Assembly: GCF_004010195.1 (NCBI RefSeq)
Contig: NC_057719.1
Coordinates: 22,126,896 to 22,190,895 of the forward strand
Source of the DNA: Chiloscyllium plagiosum
Lineage: Eukaryota
Direction: 5' to 3'
Length of the DNA: 64,000 nucleotides
Shown one piece after another: positions 12,963 through 21,307 of the stretch (position 1 is the first letter of the stretch; every line of letters starts with the position of its first letter). A program made the position numbers and the translations under genes. The notes beneath the pieces are model-generated. The model saw nothing but the letters and a program-made list of their open reading frames with translations, did not search any database and had not been told where the DNA came from.

Positions 12963-15099
12963 TTACCAGAGTTTGGGGAATACCGTCCTCAGTGAGGGAT
13001 AGGAATAGAAAATGAAAAGGAATAAATCAAATAATACTTTGCTGTCTTGGGTTTAAGTAAAGAAAAATAATCATAAGATAAATTAACCCATTTCCTCTTT
13101 GTCTGTGACACACCGTACAATCATTTCCAAGTTCTTTTTCTTCTAACATTTGCCATTGATAGAGATGGTTGGACAGATAGGTATCAGATACCATATAATC
13201 CTGTTCTTTAATTAAGAACAGGACATATTAATGATTAGCAAAGTCCACACTGAGCTATCCAAAAGCACAAATGAAGAATCAGCTATAATGTTTGGAAATC
13301 ACTTGTGAGAAGATATGGAAAATTGAGTGAAAACATAAAATGTTTGGAAATCAATGAACTGTCATATTAATGCACATACTAGACCACTAGCAGGCTCAAT
13401 TATACCTCATCAGGGAGACTAACAAGATTGGAAATTTTAAGATGATCTCCATTCTTGGAGGACTGTCAAGCAGATGAAAGGGTGAAAGCTGTTGAAGAAT
13501 TAGTTTTTGTTTGGAGGATAATTTTTCACTTCTAAACAAGGTCAATAAGGCAAATACTGTAAATCAGAGAGTAATGCAACAGAATAGACATGGTACCAGT
13601 GTACAAAAAATTAATTGTTACTCTCTTAAAAACAGATGAAACCCAGAAATATCCACAAGGGATGGTAATGGTGGGACATTAATTAATTCAATGGGAAGAT
13701 GATATCTGTCTCATTCATTCATCATTTCATAATCCTTATATATCATGTTTTATGTTTATAATCTATTGGTTTCTCCAGAAGCTGTAAAATATTGCATTAG
13801 ACCTCTGCAGAAATACAAAGCAAAGGCAAACCAAGGACATGTCACTATTTATCCCTACTTTGACAAAGTTGGAACCATTATTTACACACTGGAACAGGAC
13901 TGAAGTTAAAACTTGACTGGACTGTCCTGTTCAGTGTCAAGATAACCCAGTGGAGGCATTGGTCTGAGAGTTCATGACTAATTACTTGGAGAGGGACTGC
14001 AATGGAAACAACCAAAAGAACATGCATAATATCCTTTATTGTAGCCTGCAGACCCAGCTTTCATCAGAATCATAAACTATCTTTTAATATTTCTATTTAT
14101 AGCTGACAGTCTTTACTTATAATTAATCAGAAGATTGACCACTGTTTTTGAAAAGTGCGTAAATGTTTGGAATTAAATCTTGCCAACCTTACTTAGCCTA
14201 TGCTACATTAACAGCAGTTTAAAACTCGGGCACATTTTTAGTTCACCTTCATCTGTAGTGCTCAAAATTTCAAGGTTACTTTGACAATCTAGTCCATATT
14301 TATCCTTCGGCATCATTGCTGCTTGTGGGACATAGCTATGCGCAAATTGGCTACTACACTTTCCAACATCACAACTGTGGCCGTATGTCAGCATAATTAA
14401 TTGGTAGCAAATTATTTAAAATTTCCTGAGGTAATGTGGCATTTTATATATATGCAAGCTCTGACTTTCAACACTTCACGTTCTCTGCTTCAATGGAAGT
14501 CGTTCCAGTATCTAACATTCTCAATTACTATTGTCCCCTATCCTTGGTAGCATTCTGATGAATCTCTATGTACTGCCTGATGGATTTAATCAGCTTCTGG
14601 TTGTGGAATGCTCAAAATTTGAAAACCACGTTGCTACTGTAGTTTAACCACTCTGTGCAAGTGCACTATTACTGATTTGCTTTTGTGCTCCAAACCCCAA
14701 CAAGTCCAAACTTTCTGTTGGTCATTTCTGATTTGTTGATGTGTATGCTTAATTCAAATAGTTATGCTTTTGAACCCTCAATTTCTGTTCATACATCCAC
14801 TGTAGTTCAAACATCTGCACAATCCAGAGTTTTCCAAAATATCTCATTTTCATTCACAAATTGTGTTATTTAACCTGGTTGTTCTCAATTAATGCATGTG
14901 TTCGAAAACATTGATGAACCCATGCATTTGCAAATGTTAACTAATTTGACCTTGAATTGTGAATTTCAAAAGTTTGTCCATAACAGATGTTAGACAAAAA
15001 TAAGTATCAAGACTTGGTTTATCGTTTTACATTTTCCTGGAGCAGAGGTGTTACACAGTGATTTTTCTGTTTCCTGGCACAACCTATATCACATAATTA

Positions 15100-15340
15100 C
15101 AAAATTGTTACAGCACAGAAAGAGACTTTTTGGTCCATTGTGTCAACACGAGCTCTTCAATCAAGCATCATTACCTAGTCCCAACCTCCGGCTTTCTCCC
15201 CATGCACTTGCACATTATTTTTATCCAAATAGCATCCAAAGCCCTCTTGAGTGCCTCAATTAAACCTGCCTCCACTACACTGCCAGGTAGTGCATCCCAT
15301 ATCCTAATTACTTGCTGTGTGGAAAAAGAATTTCCTCACA
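15100..15340 (-). mobile_element. Old CR1 3' fragment
   Basis: Resembles the reverse complement of CR1 3' ends elsewhere in the window (e.g. 25075-25490). Confidence 0.5.
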
Positions 15341-16687
15341 TCACCAAAAGCCGTCCTGCCGAGATCTTTCCAAAACATTTTGATACCTTTGATTATTCTC
15401 CCAATATTTGCTCTGTTCAGCTCAATCGTGAGCTGTCTTGTTCAAATAACAGTACTATTTAAGTGCAAGATATTGTTGCAGTTTAAAACTTGTGAGGGTT
15501 TTATTTTAACTCAGCAAACAATCATTTTTTTTCAGTAAAGTCTGTTCCTATCTAGTTATCACTTTTTTCCATGTCAGTTTTGTAACTCAGACAGGAGTCT
15601 AATGAAATGCAAAATCAATTGACCATGCATAACTGAGAGCATGTGATCCCTTGCTTGAATATTTGAATAGCTCTGTTGTTAACTAAAAGTCATATGGAAT
15701 TATCCACTTTGCTGCAGAATGCCCCAATTCAATAACTATTCCAGAGTACTTTTTTTTTCCCAGTGTTCCACATTTGAACTGTATAAAATTACTAAATAAG
15801 TTGGCACCCCACTATCTTTAGTGCCACTTTTTTTGCATCTTTATATATATGTACAGTCTCTTAGAGTGATTTACAACAAAGAAACCAAACAGATGATGAT
15901 TTTAAAAAGTATTTTGAACTAATGAAGAAAATTAGATTTGGATGTAAAATACTATCACCCCTATGATTCTTTTCACTGTGTCCTTTACTGTTATGCAATC
16001 TAGCAGCCCATTAACACTGTAGCATTTAAGGTGCAGGATGTTCCAGTGCTTGAAATATTTGTTCCTGCATAATAACAGGACTCTCTTGGAGGGTTTTGGT
16101 AAATTGCTGAGATCAGTTGAAGGATCAGTCACAGAAGTTCAAGTTTGTGAGAGGGAATCAAACAAGGTTATCCCTTGTCGCTAAAGTGCTCCCGTTAGTT
16201 GGTTTCATGCAGTCTGACAAAGAGGTGGAATTAAGGCAGACTTTAAAAATTACAATGAACTCATGTGAAATCGAGTGGGATGGGGTCTAAGGAGAGGAGG
16301 TTGACTGGCTGAGAAACAAGCATTTGTTGGTCGTGACCAAAAAGCTGATATCATGCCAGTGTTTAGATACTAGCATATAACATGGCCCAAACAGAGAGAT
16401 GAAGGCTCAGAGATAGCTCAGTACAGCTGGAAAGAAAGATCTAGAAGGCTGGCTCAGGGACCACAGGAAACCTCAGGACAGCAGTGGCTTAACAATGCTA
16501 AATGCCTGCAAAAGATCCTTAGTGGTGATGGGAAATACAGGAGGGAATGCAGCTTTGTGATTCCAGTAAGATACAGCCTCAGGAAAGAAATTGAAACACC
16601 AGCACATAGAATCATAGAGTCACAGAATGGAAACAGGCCCTTCGGCCCAACTCACCCATGCTTCCTAAACTGGTTTCCTAACCTGGA

Positions 16688-16835
16688 CTCCTCCTCCCAC
16701 TCCCCAATGACATGTCCATCCAGGGCCTCCTCCATCATCAAAATAAGACCACATGCAAACTGGACAAAGAGCATCTCATCTTCTGCCCCAGGAGCTTAGA
16801 AACTTATGGCCTCCACATTGAATTCACCAACTTCC
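16688..16835 (+). mobile_element. PLE GIY-YIG C-terminal fragment forming the left flank of the provirus
   Basis: DMSIQGLLHHQNKTTCKLDKEHLIFCPRSLETYGLHIEFTNF, typical PLE endonuclease C-terminus; stops abruptly at the LTR TG. Confidence 0.7.
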
Positions 16836-17391
16836 TGCAAGCGGGCATCAGAGCCGCCCCGCGTTTGCCACGGGACTATGCCTACATCGGTAAAACTATA
16901 GGAAATCATTTTGTGTTTTAAACGGCAGCCGCAGCTTAAACCCACAGAACTCAGCAGCTGCCGGTCCGCCCACGTGACCGGGAGGTGGGAGCCAGAGGAC
17001 AGATCAAATCCACACTAGGCCAGACACTAACCATGACTCATAGACTGAAACTCCGGAGCTAATTAATATGGAAACCCATCTCCTAATCAAATCAAGAGAC
17101 TGACTGAAACACACCCATATTCATCAATACAGAACCATCCTGACACAAAGGACAGACATCCCACCATTTGCACCTACTCCAGTGATGATGGGGAACTATC
17201 ATCCCATTCATACTCAAAATCCTCACATCCTGCCAAAAAAGGTATATAATGTGTAGCAGCGCGCGGGAACAGCAGAACAGCCGAGATTCGGACCTCAATT
17301 GGTCTCTGCCGGTGTTACTGTATCAGTAAACGTTACCGATTGTTGAACCGCACTCTGGGCTCGGACTGATGTCATTTCATCCGCGCTAACA
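16836..17391 (+). repeat. 5' LTR (556 bp, TG...CA)
   Basis: Begins TGCAAGCGGG, ends GCTAACA, two nt before the PBS; direct repeat of 23761-24487. Confidence 0.95.
17243..17330 (+). promoter_or_regulatory. LTR TATA box (TATATAA 17243-17249) and variant polyadenylation signal (AGTAAA 17325-17330)
   Basis: Order and spacing fit U3-R-U5; both motifs are conserved in the 3' LTR; no AATAAA in this part of the LTR. Confidence 0.65.
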
Positions 17392-17393
17392 AT

Positions 17394-17411
17394 TGGGGGC
17401 TCGTCCGGGAT
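17394..17411 (+). promoter_or_regulatory. Primer-binding site complementary to the 3' end of tRNA-Pro
   Basis: TGGGGGCTCGTCCGGGAT, 18/18 identical to the canonical MLV-type tRNA-Pro PBS, located 2 nt after the LTR CA. Confidence 0.95.
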
Positions 17412-18323
17412 AACGACGGCTGCTGGATCCCTGCGAAGTATCTTTACTCTTTTACTTCTCGCGTAAAAGTCTCCCAGTGCCCCGCAAGGGACTTCACTGC
17501 CCGCCATTATCTGAACCTGTGAATAGAGTGAGTCTGGCAGTTGTGTAACGGTAGAGTACTCTTTAAAAGTGTGTATGTGTGTGTGAGTGATCCTTCGCGG
17601 GTGGGCGATTGGGGTCGCGGAACACTAGTAAATGTGTGCGTGATTATTATTATTGTCGTTTATTGTTAATGTGCTACTGTGACTGACGGACTATCCTTGG
17701 ACCGACGGCTTTAGGTACGAGACCCCGACAGATTGACTTCCCCTGTTTAAAAACCGACCAAACAAGCCTTCCTGGTTGACCTCTGCAGTGGGAGATAGGG
17801 GACCCCATTGTACGTTGAGCCCGGTTTTAGCGCCTTCCTTGCGTACGCGGTAGAGGCTGTGAGGTCTACTCGCGCTACAAGAAGGGAAGTCCTCCAAACC
17901 AGCCCGAGACGCGGACCCTCTGGGCCAAGTGACGGTTACGCGCTCTGCCCATTGACTTTGCGGTCCCCAGGTTTTGGCCTCTGCAGAATCAGGCGCGGTT
18001 AGGTCTGAGTTCATGCCCCCCCCTTGCACTCGGGCCCCTGGTTCACGCCCAGTGTTCGTTGGGTACAAACGGCCGCTGAACGTCAGGCAGTGAGAGAGTG
18101 ACTCACGGAAACCTGGGGTCGCGCGCTCAGGAATCGACACGCGCCCCGTCTGTAACTATCCCCACCCCTTCCCAGGTTGACCCGCGGGGCTAGGGTTCGA
18201 ATTACAGGGAGTGGGCTCCCTGACTGGGAGATTAATAAGCTAGTGCCAGCGACATCCCTTAGCACGCCTGCTAGCTTTACTTTAGTTTAGCTTCTGTCAA
18301 GTTACACCCACTGCGCCCCTACC

Positions 18324-19404
18324 ATGGGTGGAAGCGCGGCTGAAGACCGAGATTGGGGGCCGGAGGGTTCCCTTACCTGTTTTATAGCCGACGAGAATAA
18401 AAAAGTTATTAAGGCTATGCTTCGCTCAGGCTGGCAACCCGCTGACCCGCTGGATGTACAGTGCGAGTGGTGTGCCCACCAGAAGAAAGATAGGTACGAG
18501 AAAGCTTGCGTGCTGGTGCTGCAGGCACACATCAGGCTTGCTGGCAAGGTTCAGCTTTATGTCCAAGACAAGAAAAAGCAGGCCACAGAGCACCTAGAAG
18601 CCCAGGCGCTTGCTGCCCGTACGGTTTTACCGACCTTATCCAATGCACCCAGCGCCCCGCCGTCCCCCACCTGGGACTGGGAGGGGCTCACGGACAAACC
18701 GGACTCCTAGGAAGTTGAAAGTTGAATATACCCCCAGGGGAGGGGAGAGGGGATGGGCCACGACCCTTGCCCATAACCCCTGCCTTAAGATGACCTACGT
18801 CTCCCTGACCCCGGGCGACACCATAAAACTCCTGGACAGGCTCCCCGCCCTTAAGCCTCGGCACAATAATGCTGAATTTTGGCAGAGGATTAGGGAGATG
18901 CAGATCTGCCACAACTTTCACAATAGGGACGTGGCCGGCCTGGTCCGGACCAAACTCCCGGAGAACCTGTGGTCCAGGATCCAGCCTGCGCACCAGAATG
19001 GGTCCTGGTGCCCTGACCTCAGCGACAGCCGTCACAAACAGGAGGTTGCCCTCGCCGACTTCAAGGCTGATGTCAGTGAGGCGCTCGGCCATACACCGGT
19101 CGACTGGAACGCCATTGTGGGTATCACTCAGAAACCTAGGGAGGGCGCCCAGGAATTATGGGTCCGCAAGTTTGAGGCGTTCCGAGCACACAGCGGGGTT
19201 CCCGACGCTGATAGGCAGAACCCCGCATTCGTCCAATTATACAAAGACGGCCTGAGCCCCGCACACCAGGCAGTCCTACGGACGGGCCTGGTGCCCTATG
19301 TCACCTTTGCGGAGCTTGAGAACTGGACCATGTCCCTTGACAACCGAGCGGCACCCGCCGTTGCGGCAGTTTCGATGGACGAACCGGTCCATTCAGATCG
19401 TTAG
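18324..19404 (+). pseudogene. gag: gag: matrix-like N-terminus with PSAP late domain (18324-18710), frame break, then capsid (about 18705-19385); no zinc-knuckle NC
   Basis: ACCATGG start with Met-Gly (MGGSAA); PSAPP motif; MHR-like VDWNAIVGITQKPREGAQELWVRKFEAFRAHSG...QLYKDGL. Confidence 0.85.
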
Positions 19405-21154
19405 GGATACAGGGCCAAACCCCGCCGATGGGATTATCGTGGTAGGGGAACCCCACCATTGCCAGGCCGCCATCGACTCGGCGGAGGGGGACTGCGTGGC
19501 CGACAGCCCGGTCCCTGATCCCGACCTGACCTTGTATGTGGACGGCTCACGTAGGCTTGTCGAGGAGTCCTACCAAATGGGATGGGCGGTGGTCCACCAT
19601 AACGGGACCACCCGAGCACAGGGAACGATGGGGGGGGCGACACCTCCACCCAGGTCGCGGAGCTGGTCGCCCTCACCGCCGCACACCGCCTGGGAACAGG
19701 CAAGCGGGTAAACATCTTTTCCGACAGCCAGTACGCTTTTGGGGTAGTCCATGATTACATGGCAGCGTGGAGCTGCCGGGGCTTTATTACGACTGGCGGT
19801 GGCCAGATTAAACACGAAAATAATGTCCGCGACCTAGTGGCGGCCGCACGCCTCCCCCTGCTCGCCGCGGTGGGGAAAATCAAAGCACACCAGCGGGCCA
19901 CCACCGCTGAACAGCTAGGGAATCATTGGGCTGACCTGGCCGCCAAGGCTGCCGCGGGCGCGGCGCTACCGCCCGTGTATGCAGCACCAGCTACTGAGGT
20001 CCGGGACGTAAACATCCTGGACGTCCAGAATTGCACACAGCCTGGAGAGTTGGAGGACTGGCTGGCAAAGGGCGCAGCCCGCGACCCCGATGGAGTGTGG
20101 CGGCACGGCGGCAAGGTCGTGGCCCCCGCGGCCATCAGAACGACCTTGATGCAACTACACCACGAGCCAGACCACGCTGGCCGTGACGGTACACTTGCTA
20201 GGCTCCAGACCGACTGGTGGTGGCCCGGCCTCGGCCGCGACGTGGCCAAACACTGCCGCCGATGCGTTGTCTGCGCCCAGCACAACCTGGGGCGGCCCCT
20301 GCGCATTCCCCTGGCGCACCAGCCACGGCCCAAGGGGCCCTGGGAGAACCTCCAGGTTGATTTCACAGGCCCCCTACCCTCCAGCCGTGGCAAGAAGTAT
20401 TGCCTGGTGACCGTTGACCATTTCACGCGCTGGGTTGAAGCCTTCCCTACACGGGACTGTACATCCGCCACCGTGGCCAAAGTACTGGCCTTCGACATCT
20501 TCCCGCGCTGGGGGGTCCCCCTCCAGATTGACTCGGACCAGGGCACGCACTTCACCGGGCGCGCAATGAAACTGGCCTGCCACCTCCTAGGCATCAGACA
20601 GCACTTCCACGTCCCGTTCCATCCCCAGAGCTCCGGGATGGTCGAGCGCATGAACCGGACCCTCAAAGCGGCGATTGCGAAGGCGATCGCCGAAACAGGG
20701 CAGGGCTGGGTGGACGTTCTGCCTTGCATACTGATGCGCTTAATGGCCACCCCAGGCCGCTCCACTGGCCTCACTCCCTTCGAGCTCATGACGGGAAGGG
20801 ACATGCGACTACCAGAGAACGTCATGGTCGGGGGGGAAGGCATGGCCCCCCTGAGGGACAGGATGACGCGCTATATCAAGCAGCTGGACGCGCAGCTGCG
20901 GGCCCTTAGACAAACTGCACGCGACCAGCAGGACATTAGGGACCAGGCAAAACTGCAACCGCATCTGCCCGCCCAACCCCCTCCCGGCGTTGGGGACAAA
21001 GTCCTGGTCAGGGCCGCCCCCGACTGGCCCGGCTTCACCCCCCCGGTGGCTGGGACCGCACGAAATCATCCTCACCAGCGACACCTGCGCCTGTGTCGAC
21101 ATGAAAGGAAAGGACAGATGGAAACACTGCCCTTTCCTTAAACCCTTCCCTTAA
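19385..21154 (+). pseudogene. pol: Truncated pol: end of the tether/connection domain, RNase H and integrase; two homopolymer frameshifts
   Basis: IQIVRDTGPNPA...EPHHC (tether end); RNase H YVDGS / QVAEL / FSDSQY / KAH / GNHWAD; IN HEPDH...CVVC, QVDFTGPLP, DSDQG-(35 aa)-E, and WLGPH after the frameshift; shifts at G8 19630-19637 and C7 21038-21044. Confidence 0.95.
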
Positions 21155-21243
21155 GCCCGGACAGACACCCCCGCCCCCCTTTGACTTGACTTCTCCTTAC
21201 AGCGCGACGGGCAGACCAGTCCGGGGGGGCCTGCTCCTACACA

Positions 21244-21304
21244 CACTAACCCTACATCCTTGGTAAGGGTGCCCCTCTCTCTGTCTCTCCCTCTCTTCCC
21301 ACAG
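21244..21304 (+). promoter_or_regulatory. env splice acceptor (branch point CACTAAC, long polypyrimidine tract, CAG)
   Basis: CACTAAC 21244-21250, pyrimidine tract 21272-21300, AG 21303-21304, env ATG at 21308. Confidence 0.75.
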
Positions 21305-21307
21305 ATC

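Noticed and set aside
10368..13109. Possible solo LTR (TGTGAC...TGTGACA) split by the PLE; similar LTR-like stretches near 25500-25850 and 33575-34590
   Set aside because: No second copy, PBS/PPT or clear TSD in the window to support it
16830..16835. Target-site duplication for the provirus
   Set aside because: Left flank (ACTTCC) is not repeated after the 3' LTR or after the inverted env fragment; the 3' junction is rearranged
19923..20843. 306-aa antisense ORF over the integrase
   Set aside because: Shadow frame of a GC-rich coding region with no recognisable motif; long antisense ORFs are expected at this GC content
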